DNA from: Planctomycetota bacterium
Lineage (GTDB): Bacteria > Planctomycetota > PLA2 > JAEUHO01
NCBI GenBank assembly: GCA_965222115.1
Contig: CBDCTJ010000001.1
Coordinates: forward strand, 288,001 to 352,000
Reading direction: 5' to 3'
Length of the DNA stretch: 64,000 nt
Part shown: one piece after another, positions 39,662 through 51,750 of the stretch
Layout of the letters: each line of letters starts with the position of its first letter
Numbering within the stretch: position 1 is the stretch's first letter
Notes under the pieces: generated by a model
Databases searched by the model: none
Told to the model about the DNA's origin: nothing
The model's input: only the letters and a program-made list of their open reading frames with translations
Translations under genes and position numbers: made by a program

Positions 39662-41434
39662 TTGGCACTTCTTCAGCTCAAGTCCCTTTCCGTCGCATTT
39701 GGCGGACCACCGTTGCTTGACGACGTGAATTTGTCGGTCGAGCGGGGTGAACGACTCGCGTTGCTGGGGCGCAACGGATCGGGGAAGTCCACGTTGATGC
39801 GCGTGATTCATGGCTCCCTTGAACCCGACGAAGGCCGTGTGATCAAGGAGAGCCGTGCCCGCATTGCGATGTTGGATCAACGCGTGCCCGACGACCTCTC
39901 CGGAACGATTGAAGAGGTGGTTGTGTCCGGTGCGGGTTGTATCCCCCACCGCGCAACGGAACGCCACATTGCGCGCGCCACCATTTCGCGTGCTGGCCTG
40001 GACGGCGAATTGGATGTGGCCACACTGTCGGCAGGGCTACGACGACGCGTGCTGATTGCTTCGGCGATTGCAAGCGATGCCGACATTCTTCTGTTGGACG
40101 AACCCACCAACCACTTGGATCTCGATTCGATTGCGTGGCTGGAGTCGCTCATTCTTCGAGAAGACAAGACATTGATCTTTGTCACACACGACCGAGCGTT
40201 TTTGCGTCGCATCGCAACCGGCATTCTCGATCTCGATCGGGGCACCGTTGCACGCCATGACGCCGACTACGACAAGTACTTGGATCGCAAGAGCGGTGCA
40301 CGCGAATCGGAGACGCGCAAGCGCGCGCAGTTTGACAAGGTGCTTGCCCAAGAAGAGTCGTGGATTCGTCAGGGCGTCCGCGAACGCCGCAAACGCAACA
40401 TGGGCCGCGTGAGTCGACTGAAGGAGATGCGCGAGGCGTATCGAACCCGTCGCAGCGAGAGCGGTACGGCGCGTATGACGGCCCAAGAAGCCGGACGGAC
40501 GGGTCGCAAGGTCATTGACGCCAAAAACGTGAGCTACGCGTGGGACGGTATGCCCATAGTGTCGGCATTTTCAACCACGATCATGCGCGGAGATCGTATT
40601 GGATTGATTGGTCGCAATGGCTCGGGCAAAACCACGTTGGTGCGACTGTTGTTGGGTGAATTGGAGCCCTCATCGGGTGACGTGACGCACGGCGCGAATC
40701 TGGAAGTGGCCTACTTTGATCAGCTCCATGCCACGCTCGACCCCAGCAAATCGGTCGCCGACAATGTGGGTGACGGAAGTGCCACGATCACGGTGAATGG
40801 TGCTACACGGCAAGTGATTGGCTACCTCGCGGAATTTTTGTTTACGGCCGATCAGGCGCGCAATCCGATTTCCCATCTGTCGGGCGGTGAACGCAATCGT
40901 TTGTTGCTGGCGCGTCTCTTCGCACGTCCATCCAATGTGCTGGTGCTGGATGAACCTACGAACGATCTCGACGTAGAAACACTCGAGGTCCTTGAAGACT
41001 TGCTGGTCAACTACAACGGTACGGTCATCATCGTGAGTCACGACCGCGAACTACTCGATCATGTTGTCACAAGTACGCTCGTCATGGAGGGCAAGGGGCG
41101 CGTTGGTGAGTATGCAGGCGGCTATAGCGACTGGTTGGCTCAGCGAAAAGCCTCGGCGCCGGCCGCCAAAGCGAAAAAGTCAAAGTCGAAACCCAAACCT
41201 ACGACGAAACTGCCGCCAAAACTCAACAAAGACGAACGCAGAGAGCTGCGTGAGCTACCCGCACGCATTGAAAAACTAGAATCCAAGCAGGCCGCGCTAC
41301 ACACCAAGATGACCGACCCCGCCTACTTCCAGCAGACCGGCGATGTCCTCGCCCGCGACAAGGAAACGCTCGCCGCACTCGACGCCTCCATCACCGCCGC
41401 CTACGCCCGCTGGGAAGAACTCGACAACCGCTAG
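39662..41434 (+). CDS. uup: ABC-F ATPase, Uup type
   Basis: Two ABC cassettes (GRNGSGKST, GRNGSGKTT), EESWIRQG linker, C-terminal coiled coil ending YARWEELD. Confidence 0.9.
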   Translation: MALLQLKSLSVAFGGPPLLDDVNLSVERGERLALLGRNGSGKSTLMRVIHGSLEPDEGRVIKESRARIAMLDQRVPDDLSGTIEEVVVSGAGCIPHRATERHIARATISRAGLDGELDVATLSAGLRRRVLIASAIASDADILLLDEPTNHLDLDSIAWLESLILREDKTLIFVTHDRAFLRRIATGILDLDRGTVARHDADYDKYLDRKSGARESETRKRAQFDKVLAQEESWIRQGVRERRKRNMGRVSRLKEMREAYRTRRSESGTARMTAQEAGRTGRKVIDAKNVSYAWDGMPIVSAFSTTIMRGDRIGLIGRNGSGKTTLVRLLLGELEPSSGDVTHGANLEVAYFDQLHATLDPSKSVADNVGDGSATITVNGATRQVIGYLAEFLFTADQARNPISHLSGGERNRLLLARLFARPSNVLVLDEPTNDLDVETLEVLEDLLVNYNGTVIIVSHDRELLDHVVTSTLVMEGKGRVGEYAGGYSDWLAQRKASAPAAKAKKSKSKPKPTTKLPPKLNKDERRELRELPARIEKLESKQAALHTKMTDPAYFQQTGDVLARDKETLAALDASITAAYARWEELDNR

Positions 41435-41468
41435 GCATACACCTCGGTGTCGGGCACAGCGCGTATGG

Positions 41469-43478
41469 CTAACGGAGGGAGTTGAGCGCGGATTGCGTTA
41501 GGGCACGAATGTAGGGATCACTGGATCTCACATTCTTCTCGAGTACCTGCATTGCTGCCGCCGGACGCTCCTTCAGTGGCTTGAGCACATTGGCCAATGC
41601 GATGGCAGCGTAGCCGCGCCCCTGAAACGACGAGTCGCCCAGAAGTTTCACCAATGGTTCGATGGCGGGTCGTCCAAGCGCCTGCAGCCGGGCGACGATG
41701 CGATTGTTGGTAATGCGGTGGGCATTGCCATCTCGCAGACGCTTTGCAAGAGCGGCGGGATCGTCGCCCTCCCACGGGACGTCAGTGCCGGCGCGCTTGA
41801 TTGCCTTCGCTTCTTCCGCCGTGACGGCGTCTCGCGCGTCGGATAGGCCCTTCCAGGTGAGTCCCGAGGCGCGCAACCCCGAGCTGGACAACCCCCGAAC
41901 GTAATCGCTCTTGTGCTGGAGCCCGCGTACGAGTGCCATCTTCGCAGCGAGTGGGTGACTCTTTGTGGCCCCCATGACTTTACCCAAGGCGTATGTTGCG
42001 TACCCACGGCCGAGGTAATTCTCGTCGTTCAAAACCTTGAGCAGTGCGTGAAGTGCAGGTGCGCCTGTCTTTACGAGTTTCTCGACGAGCACATTGTTGT
42101 TGGACACATGTCGATTGCCGTCGCGCAGTTGTTGAGCGAGTACGACGGCATCATGGGGCGGATCATTGCTGGGCGCGCCGCGATCGGGACTTTCCCTGTC
42201 TCCCGAAGACTGGGGTCCGGACGACGTTGGGCCCGCCGCGCCACCGTTCGGTGCCGAATTCGGCGCATTAATCTTCCATTCCTTCTGGTCATAACGTGGG
42301 CGAAGCTTCCTGTAGATCATGCACGACGTGTTGTGCTCCTGCTCAATGTGATGCGTTCCAATGTTGCCCTCGTACTCCGATCCCCCGAGTTCCGGATTGG
42401 GATAGGGCATCGTTTCGTGAACCGCAGCAATCTTCGCGCGCATGGCGAGGCGACTCTGCCGCCGTTCGTGCCAGATCCACATCCAGTGAAAACGCGCCCA
42501 GTCGCGTTCGCCCGCAAACCACGAGGCCACGCCCAAGGAAAAGTGAATGTCGGTCGCTCGTGGATTCGCGTCGTGACGATGGACAACACTGCGACCCAAC
42601 GCTATTGCTGCCTTGTGCTTCTTCTGATGTACCAACAAATACAAAGATTCCGCATCGAGGTCTGCCGCGAGGATGCTGCGAATCGCCTCATCACCTTCGC
42701 GAACTCGCTTGATTGAATTACCGAGCGCTTCCCATTGCTCAGTTGCGCGCTGCATTCGCATGCGTGCCCGAGCGATCTCCGCGCGTTCATTCACACGTGT
42801 GTCTTTCCCAATCGCATTCAGCGTTGCCATCGCGTCGTCATAAGACGCGAGTCGTTCATACAAGCGCGCCAGCACAAGCCTTTCCGCGACGGACGCACCT
42901 TCCGCCATGCCTCGCTTCTTGACTCGCTCTTCCTCTTGGGTCCACGCCGCGAATTTAACGTGTTTCCTCAGAAGTGAAGCCAGCCACTCGCGTGCTTGGT
43001 TTTTGTCTGCATAGATGGCGGACTCATCCAAGTACGTACCATCGGGCGCAAATGCCGCCAAGTAGGCATAGGGGTTCTTGGTCTTGTCTTTGGTGAACGC
43101 GCTTGCTTCTGCGTTTCCACCCCGTCCGTTGCCACTACGATTGAAGTAGTACGGCACAAATCGGCTGTTGACGAGATGGATGAACGGCAAATCGGCGAAG
43201 GCACCTGCCCTCTGGGGTTCGGCACCCGGTCACCACATGCCGTCGGTTGCGCACTTGGCACCGGCATCGTCGATGCCAAAGGAAACGCCTTTGATGAGCA
43301 AGATTCGGTTCTTTGACTTTGCTTCCTTGAGCGCATCGGAAAACTGATGAGGCAGTTTCCACTGAATAGCCGCGCGATCCCGTGCCCAGCCCGGATGCGC
43401 CTCCTTGGCGTCTACGGGGCTCGAGGACCAGATGAATATCGAAATGCAGGTCGCAGATATCCAACCGAACGAACGCAT
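41469..43478 (-). CDS. Probable exported selenoprotein (669 aa, Sec83): thioredoxin-like domain, TPR-like region and duplicated HEAT region
   Basis: GGAGG RBS and signal peptide. ORFs 43230-43493 and 41469-43190 are in the same frame and separated only by TGA 43230-43232. Readthrough gives KCATDGMW-U-PGAEPQRAGAFADLPFIHLVNSRFVPYYF. Confidence 0.75.
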
Positions 43479-43606
43479 GGCTGCCTCCATCATTTTCGCT
43501 TAAGACGACACAACTCTCTACGTCATGCGTAACTTGCCAGTCATGATCGCCAAAATTATGCTGATGTGTCACGGATCAATCACCCCCACGCACCGACAGA
43601 ATCACC

Positions 43607-44398
43607 ATGGCCAACGACGAAGCCCGATCGCCCGAGAATGGACAGTACACAACGGACCGCTTCCTGAGCGCTCGCATGCGAATGCATCGCGAATACAGCA
43701 CCAATCGGTACGGTTGGTTTCGGTGGTTGCTAGACCGCCTTGCACTCACACGAGGTGATCGAATTCTTGATGTCGGGTGTGGAAACGGAACATTTTGGCG
43801 TGTCGTCGCCGATCACGTACCCGCCGACTGCACGCTTCTCATGACCGACAAGTCGCCAGGCATGATCGAACAGGCGGCGGTGGCTCTGAGTGAAACGAAT
43901 TTGGACGTACGCTTCGCCACGATGGACGCGGAGTCGCTCGACTGCGCGTCAGAGAGCCGAACGCTCGTACTGGCCAGTCACATGCTCTACCACGTGGCCA
44001 ATCGTCAACGGGCAATATCCGAGATTCGACGCGTACTGGTCGGCGGAGGAAGACTTGTTGCTGCGACCAACGGCATGCGCCACATGCAACAGCTCGACGC
44101 GATGGCCAAGCGCTTTCTCTCCCAGTTCGACCCAGGCAGCGAGGTGGAGCGCTTTTCTTTGGAGTCGGGACTGGCGCAGCTCGAGGCACACTTCGACGCG
44201 ATCGACCGATTCGATTACAAGGATGGCTTCGTCGTTCCAGACGCGGACACTGTTTTCAACTACATCATGTCCTTGCCCGACGCACAACGAGCACCGAAAG
44301 CGGAAGTGAATGCCCTTCGTGAACATCTCGATCACACGGTGGATGCCGATCACCCGATGGTGATTGACAAGGCATCAGGCGCGTTCGTTTGTATGTAG
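43607..44398 (+). CDS. Class I SAM-dependent methyltransferase
   Basis: ILDVGCGNG, DKSPGM, ASHMLYHV. Confidence 0.92.
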   Translation: MANDEARSPENGQYTTDRFLSARMRMHREYSTNRYGWFRWLLDRLALTRGDRILDVGCGNGTFWRVVADHVPADCTLLMTDKSPGMIEQAAVALSETNLDVRFATMDAESLDCASESRTLVLASHMLYHVANRQRAISEIRRVLVGGGRLVAATNGMRHMQQLDAMAKRFLSQFDPGSEVERFSLESGLAQLEAHFDAIDRFDYKDGFVVPDADTVFNYIMSLPDAQRAPKAEVNALREHLDHTVDADHPMVIDKASGAFVCM

Positions 44399-44476
44399 CC
44401 CATGCGCTGCGCCGCGACCCATCGACGCGCACGCGGCGACGAGTCCGAAACCGAGATCTGCTACACTCGTTCCACA

Positions 44477-45058
44477 ATGCCCCTCAACGAACACGATCCC
44501 GTCTCGCGCCTGTTGGAGCGTATGGCCGAAGGTGATGCGGCAGCGGGCCACGAACTCTATCCGCAATTGTTTCGCGAACTGCATGGTATGGCCCACCGCC
44601 TAATGCGCGGCGAGCGCCATGGCCATACGCTCCAGACAACAGCCCTTGTCAACGAAGCGTGGTTGCGGTTCAAACCCGAGGCATCCACGCCGGAGACGCG
44701 TGCTCACTTCATGTTTCTGGCGGCACGCGCCATGCGCCAAGTGCTCGTGGATCACGCGCGAAAGCGAAACGCCAAGAAACGCGATGGCGGAGAACGTCAT
44801 GCACTCTTTGACGATGTGCTTGCGCGGTGGGAAGGCGACCCCACCGAGCTGCTCACGCTGGACGCCGCGCTCGACAGACTGGGTGAACGAGACGAAGCGC
44901 TGCGTCGCTTGGTGGAGCTTCGCTACTACGCCGGTTGCACGCTAGAAGAAGCCGGCAACTTGATGGGCATGACGGTGCGGCAAGTGCACCGTCGCTGGAC
45001 ATTCGCACGTGGGTGGTTGCGTCGTGAACTCGACAAAGGGCTGCCGGATGAGCAGTGA
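44477..45058 (+). CDS. ECF sigma factor of the kinase-associated (ECF43/TIGR02999-like) type
   Basis: HTLQTTALVNEAWLR, AARAMRQVLVDHAR, VELRYYAG; overlaps the kinase start. Confidence 0.92.
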   Translation: MPLNEHDPVSRLLERMAEGDAAAGHELYPQLFRELHGMAHRLMRGERHGHTLQTTALVNEAWLRFKPEASTPETRAHFMFLAARAMRQVLVDHARKRNAKKRDGGERHALFDDVLARWEGDPTELLTLDAALDRLGERDEALRRLVELRYYAGCTLEEAGNLMGMTVRQVHRRWTFARGWLRRELDKGLPDEQ

Positions 45059-47431
45059 CTGGAAACGACTCGAGTCCATCGTCGCTCGGGCGTCGGAACT
45101 TGATCCCGATTGTCGCACAGAGTTCGTTGAGGAAGAGACGCAAGGCGACGACGCGCTGCGCGACGAAGCACTCGCGATTCTCGAAGCCGGTCTCGCCAAC
45201 GATGCGTTCCTAGACCCAATCATTGAGCGTGCCGAGTTGGAGCCCGGTACCCAGGTTGGACCGTTCACAATACAACGACCGATTGCGAGCGGCGGCATGG
45301 GCGTGGTGTATGAGGCCACGCAGACTTCGCCTTCACGAGTCGTCGCGCTCAAGACCATGCGCGCCGACCTCATCTCATCGATGGCACGCGCACGATTTCA
45401 GCATGAGATTGAAGTGCTTGGCACACTCACCCATCCCGGCATCGCGGAAATTTACCAGGCGGGTGTGCACGCATCCGTTCCATGGTTTGCGATGGAGTAC
45501 ATCCCCGACGCACAGCCCTTGGTTCGTTTCTGCCGCGAGCAAAAGAAGTCCCGTGCAGAACGCGTAGCATTTGTTGCCGATGTGGCCGACGCCATTCACC
45601 ACGGTCATGTACGGGGTGTGATGCATCGCGATTTGAAACCCGACAACCTACTTGTCGGCCGCGATGGCCGTGTGCGCGTAATCGACTTTGGCGTTGCGGG
45701 TGTCACCGATCCCGATCAGCGTCTGAACACATTGCAAACCAGCACGGGGAGCATTGTGGGCACGCTGGCCTACATGAGCCCAGAACAGGCCCGCGGCGAG
45801 TCGGGCGACGCGCGTAGTGATCTCTACAGCCTCGGCGTTGTGCTCTACGAGTTGTTGACGGGAGCGCACCCCATCGCGCTGAGTGCCAAAGACTTCTTAT
45901 CGTCTGCAAGACGTATTGTTGAGGAGCCGCCAACACGACCGTCCACGCACGACAAGACCTTGCGCGGTGATCTCGACGCCATACTCATGCACGCACTTCA
46001 AAAGGACCCCGATCTCCGCTATCCGTCAGCGAACGCGTTTGCGAACGACCTCCGTGCCTATTTGGATCGCCGCCCCATTTCCGCATCGGTTCCTTCTGTC
46101 GTGGCGCGCGCCCGCTCGTTTGTTCGTCGCAATCGTATTCTCGTGGGCTCACTCGCGTCCGTGACCGCGGCCCTCCTAATTGCGACATGCGTGAGTATCG
46201 CGTTTGGTGTTCGTTCGAAACGCGCCGAGTCCAAAGCCGTATCGAGTGAGCATGCAGCGCGCGCAGAGCGAGACCGCGCCGAGGAGCTGTTGTCCCAGTC
46301 CCTCAAGCAAAATCTCGATGCCACATTCGGTGCCGTTCCTAAGATCCATAAACTTCCAGGTGGCGCCGAAACCGCGGAGCGCGTCATAAAGACCACGATT
46401 GACAATCTAGAAGCGCTGAACAAGACGTCGAACGGCGACGAGCGGGTGCAATTGGCACTTGCAGAGGCCCATGCCAAGTTGGGTGACATTCAAGGCAATC
46501 AGTACTACGCGCATCTTAGCGATGCCAGAGGCGCGGCCGCGACCTATGAGCGCTCGCTTTTCCCTGCTACGTACACTGAAGAACAAGGCTGACTCCGATT
46601 CAGAGACGATCCGTCACGCGCGATTGCTTGAGATCAGCGTGCTTCGAAAATCTACGGAACTACGCCCCGGCCCCCTTTCCGATACGGCGCGTAACCGACT
46701 AGCCACTGCGTTGACGCTCGCTTCGGCGCTGACCAAAGAACCCGAGACGGCACCTCAAGCCGAAGGGCAGCTCGCGCTCATCCAGCTTCGCTTATCGCAT
46801 GATCGACTGATGCACGACAAGTACAACGAAGCGGCTGCGCTGGCGAAGAGTGCCATCGCCATCTACGAGAAACGTCTCGCGTCGTCCAAGGATCGGACGT
46901 GGAGTGTTGAGCTGCTTGCCGGTGCACTGGGTCGACTGGGACGCGTGCAGACCCATCAAGGCGAACTCGACGACGCCACGTCGCAACATACGACCGCGCG
47001 CTATGTCTTTGATTGAATCGCTGTCGCCCGATCAACAGCAACGCCTCGACAAACGCCGTCTCAATCTCTGGATGAAACGCGGATGGCTCGCACGAAAACA
47101 AGGCGATTTCGACGACGCGCAAGATTTCATCGGCCGCGCCAAAGCGCTCGCCATCAAGCGCTGTAAGGCCGATCCCAAGAATCCCGGCCACCGAATCGGC
47201 CTCTGCACAGCGCTCAGCGAGTGGATTATCACGGCCGAACTCGAATACGGCCCTACCGACGGAGGTATGCCGCCGAACCAAGCGCGAGAGCGCGCTCGTG
47301 AGGCAGCCGACATTGTTGAATCACTAGCACCCAAGGGCTCGCGCATGATCGCCATGTTCGTAAAGCCCTTTCGCGCGTACGCGGATGGCAAGCGCAAAGC
47401 AGGCACATTGACGGGGGCCTTTGGGGGATAG
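45048..47431 (+). pseudogene. Hanks-type Ser/Thr kinase with TM and TPR tail, with two apparent frameshifts near 46560 and 46990 (pseudogene or sequence error)
   Basis: GGMGVVY, HRDLKPDN, IDFG, GTLAYMSPEQ; the TPR-like tail continues in ORFs 46459-47016 and 46850-47431. Confidence 0.8.
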
Positions 47432-47476
47432 CATAAAGGGCAATGCTTCTGCCGATTCGTTCAGGACCTAGGAAAC

Positions 47477-50400
47477 CTATCGCGGCAAGCCCAGCGTAAT
47501 GCTTGTTCCACGCTCATCCAAGATGCCTGTACGTTCTGTAGTTTCTCCTGATACATGAACGCGAACGGGCCAGGTTCCGACCGGGATTCCGTGGAACGTA
47601 ACCGTGAGACTCGTACTTACACGCTCCACGGTCAGTGAGCCAAGCTGGATGGATGCGCGCAAGGTCTTAGAGCCGAAGTCCGGTGCGTGAATCGCAACCG
47701 TACGCGCTGACGCCATGTCGACGGCCTGCACGCCATCAAAGGGCCGGGCGGACTTCAGAAACACGCAAGACGAGGGTGGTGTGTCCTCGTCAGTGGCTTC
47801 AGGAACGACCCATAGCGAGTATTCCTCGTTGGCATCAAGCCCGTAGACTTCGATCAATGAGGTGTCAGGGGAAACATGAACGTGCCTCGACTTGGTGCCG
47901 GATTGGGTTCGCCACGCTATGCGGCCATGCCCGGCAATACCCTTGGGCCAACCACGAGGTTGCAAGCGAAGCGAGGGCCCGGGGTCGAGGACGAGCGAAA
48001 CTTGTTCGTCGCCTGCCGTTACCCATTGACCGCCGGTGTCCCCCATCGGTGGAGCACTCTCGTGACCGGAACGTGCTTGCAATCGATGCTTGCCCTCGGC
48101 CAACGCGACGCTCCAGGTATGTCGCGGAAACTCCTGCACGAGGTGCCAACGACCGAGATCGTCGGCGCGCCAAACGCGCGCGCGATGCAATGGACGGTCT
48201 TTCGAATCGACAATGACGCCCGTCGTCGCTTGCGCAGCCGGAAGTACAAGACGTCTCGGCTCGCGATTCCATCCTTGAACGATCGCCATATCAAGTGCAC
48301 CGCCCGGGTAGCTGGCATAGAGATCTAGGGGCGGTACGTTGTATGGAATCTCTAAGGTTGCCTTGCCATCTCCCCCCGATGTCGCGTTCGCCACATGCTC
48401 CTTGGACGTTCCCGACGGAACAACATAGACGTAGGCACCTCGTAGTGGATTGCCCTCACCATCGACCGTGGTGATGTCAACGGTCTGCGTTCCCCGGCCA
48501 ATTCTGAGATCGATCTTGCTCTCCGCGGACAAAAGTTGAACGAATTCGCGACTTCGCTCGCCACCTCGTTTGATTACCGAAACTTCGTAGTCCACACCGG
48601 ATAGAACATCCATCGTGAAACTGCCATCCGTATCAGTCAGCGCTGTCACGGTCGGCATGCGGCCATACGATATGACGCCTTCGATGACGACACGTGCACT
48701 CACATACCGGAGAGCGAGGGGCGATCCGGATGCATTCGTTGCGCGGCCCGTAACGCGCTTCAGCGGTCTTAGAACGACATCGAGCGATTCATCCGGCCAG
48801 TGGCCTTGCTTCGATGTGGTAATGGGACCAACAAGTGCGCCCGCATTTGAAGTCGGCGAAACGAAGTAGATCCAACAAGCATCTGACACGTGAGCGAGTG
48901 GCCACAATCCTGTTGTCCCCAGTGATTGAGTTAGCTTCTGGCCCCACGCACGTTGAACGTGTCTCCCCCGCCGCACGAGAACTTGTGGACCTGCAACGAC
49001 GCGTTTTCCAGATTCAAGCATGGTTCGAATCCGCATTGCGCCGGAAGGAACAGAATCGCTCAGTGCGAACTCCACGTCCTGCTCCCCTGCCCGCACTTCT
49101 TGCTGCGCACACCACCATGCCAACTCAGAAGAGGCCGACACGCGTACAAGGACGGGCTTATCCGGCGAAACACCCGTGATGGTGAGGTGCCCCTCCGCGT
49201 CAATCTTCGTGCGCGCTTCATAGGAACTCAAGGACCGTGAGTCGCCTACCTCTATGAGCGGCTGCCCAAGCTCGACGCCCGCAGGAAACAAGATTCGTCC
49301 TCGAATTGCAGGCGCAGGGGCAAGTCGAAGTGGCAACTCGATGTCGCCACGGCCAGCGCTGCCTTCGAGGGCCACCAAGCTCGTTCTCGACATGTACCTA
49401 TCCGAGCGAAACACAAGTGCGGCAAACTCACCGGGAGGCACATTCGTAAACTCAGCTACGCCTTTGGCACTTGTAGTCGTCGTCGCGCCTCGAAGTTCCC
49501 AGCCGCTACCGTTTCTCGACCTCAAGTTCACTTCTACGTTCTCAGCGGCTTCACCCGTTTCACGATTCGTCACGAGCAACCGCACCGATCGCCCTACCAT
49601 GAGACGCAGTTCGATGTCGTCGATCCCACGCTGACCGACCTCCACGGGCTCGACGCGCGCCTCGATCATGCCGGGATACGTTGCGCAGGAGTCGGACAGG
49701 GCGATGTGGTGGAACGGCTGAAAATCGAAACCGACCTTCGCCGTCCGAGGCCGTGATTAGCGTTGTAGTGCCTTACCGCCGGGTGCACCGTTGGGTCATG
49801 AACAGCTTGCAGCATAACGCGCGCGCCTACCCTCGGCTCGCCCATTGAGTCAACCACACGCCCCGCGACGGTCGCAGTACGTTCGATCGTAAGATCAAGG
49901 TTGCGAACCTCGCCGGCTACGATTCGAATGGCATGGGACACTTCGTGTCCCTTTCGCCACGTTGACACGGATCGCGACACAAGGCTGCTGCTTTGGGCCC
50001 AAACCCAAGCACGCCCCGGTGGCACTTTGGTGCGATATGCGCCATCGTCATCGGTGATCGCGTGCGTCCGAAAAATCTGAGCTGCTTCACTCCCCTCCAC
50101 ATATATATTCACTCGAACATCTGCACCTACATGAGCGCCCGATGCGTGGCGAACCACACCCTGAACCTCACCCACCTGAGGCGACAACACATCGTACGTG
50201 GCCAGTTTCGCCAGAGCCCGCGGGTGTATCCAGCCATGGGGTTGCATGGCGTAGACGCCCCCTTCACCGTCGACGGGAAAGCGTACACGATATGCGCCGT
50301 TCGCATCCGACTGAACCCGATGGTGAGTCAATAGCCCGTCGACTCTTCCATAGGCATTGAGTACGACGTTGGGCTGCGGACGGCTATGCTCATCAAGGAC

Positions 50401-51687
50401 CCGACCACTGCGTTCCTCAAGATCTTCATCCAATAGAACGTGCATCTCGCTCTCGTTCGGCGCCAGTGTCAATGGGCGGACGATGCGAAGCGTGCCACCA
50501 AACAGACGGGTTTCGCACAGCAACAGGAAGGGGCCTTGAGGGCGCCACATCACGTTGGCCATTCCATGAGCGTTGAGTTCCACGAGCACCGTAGCGCCTC
50601 CGCGCTTTCGCAGCACGACGTCCCCGCGAATGGGCTCGCCGTTCTTCCAAGATACATGGAGCTTCCACCTGTCTTTGTTGGAGGGCAGTACAAGATCCTG
50701 CTGGTAATGGACACCGTCTTCAACAAGGATTCGCGGCGACAGCACGCGATGATCGCCCCATGGTGTCGTGAGCATGTGACTACCCTTGGGAACATCAACG
50801 AAGTTAAACGCATGACCTGCGCGCATACCCATCGTTGCAAAGACCTCGCGCCGCGGCAGATCCAAACTCAGTGCACGCGTGGATGGATAGAGCGAAACAG
50901 TTCGTTGGCTCGTCGTCTCACCTATGCAGTTCCCAAACACGCGTGCCGTGTGGCTTTCGGTTGGCGTCGCCATTGACTGGGCGCCTTGACCAGATAACGT
51001 TGGACGTTCGTGCGTTGCCGCGGTCTCGGTCGAATGTGTGCTACCGGCGTCTTGACGACATTGCGAAGTCCCGAGAAGAGCGCCTGCCACAATGCCAACG
51101 ATGGCAATCAAACCAACAATCGCGCTGGTCAGCGAAAGCGCAGTAGGGCTGCCCGTAGCGCCGGGGAAGGCGACAATCGCAAGTTCACGCTTGGTGCGCT
51201 GGTCGTTTAGCTTGAGCCGAAGCTTGGCAAGGCCTCGTTTGACGCGCGTGCGTACGGTCTCAACCGAAACGTCCAACAGGGCGGCAATTTCTGACGGCTT
51301 TCGTTCCTCCAAGTAGCGCATGCGGATGGCTTCTTGCTGCACCAATGGCAGAGTTCGCATGGCTCGCGCGAGGTCTTGAAGAACATCGCGAGGAACCGAG
51401 TGCTCGCTTGTCCCTTGCGCCGCCGCTGCCACCCTCACTCGTTCCTCGCGCCGTGTGCGTCGTTTCTCGCCTCGATGTCGCTGGCGAACTACGTTTCGCA
51501 CCACTCGACTCAGCCAAGGCTTCGTGCGGCGCACATGGCTGCCTCCCCCACGCACGGCTGCAATCCACGTGTCCTGAACGACGTCATCGACGTCGGCATC
51601 CCCTCGTACTAGGGCGCGCGCGAGCACGCGCACGTAGTGCATGTGCCCAAGGAGTTGGCGTTCAAAGCTGGAAACGTCGTCTGTCAT
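47477..51687 (-). pseudogene. ECF sigma fused to a TM helix and carboxypeptidase-regulatory-like repeats (about 1400 aa), split by two close frameshifts at 49680-49780
   Basis: DVDDVVQDTW and EIAALLDVSVETVRTRVKRGL. A bridging frame encodes TASDGEGRFRFSAVPP and joins ORF 49666-51726 to ORF 47477-49669. Confidence 0.8.
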
Positions 51688-51750
51688 ACACCTACATGAT
51701 GCCGCCGCGCAGACGAATCGGTTCACGGAAGGCTCACTCGAACGCCCGCT

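Noticed and set aside
43230-43232. Genome-wide UGA reassignment to Trp or Gly
   Set aside because: Many well-defined genes here end properly at TGA (for example fpg, the troB-like ATPase, CHAT copy 1), so the code is standard and readthrough would be site-specific.
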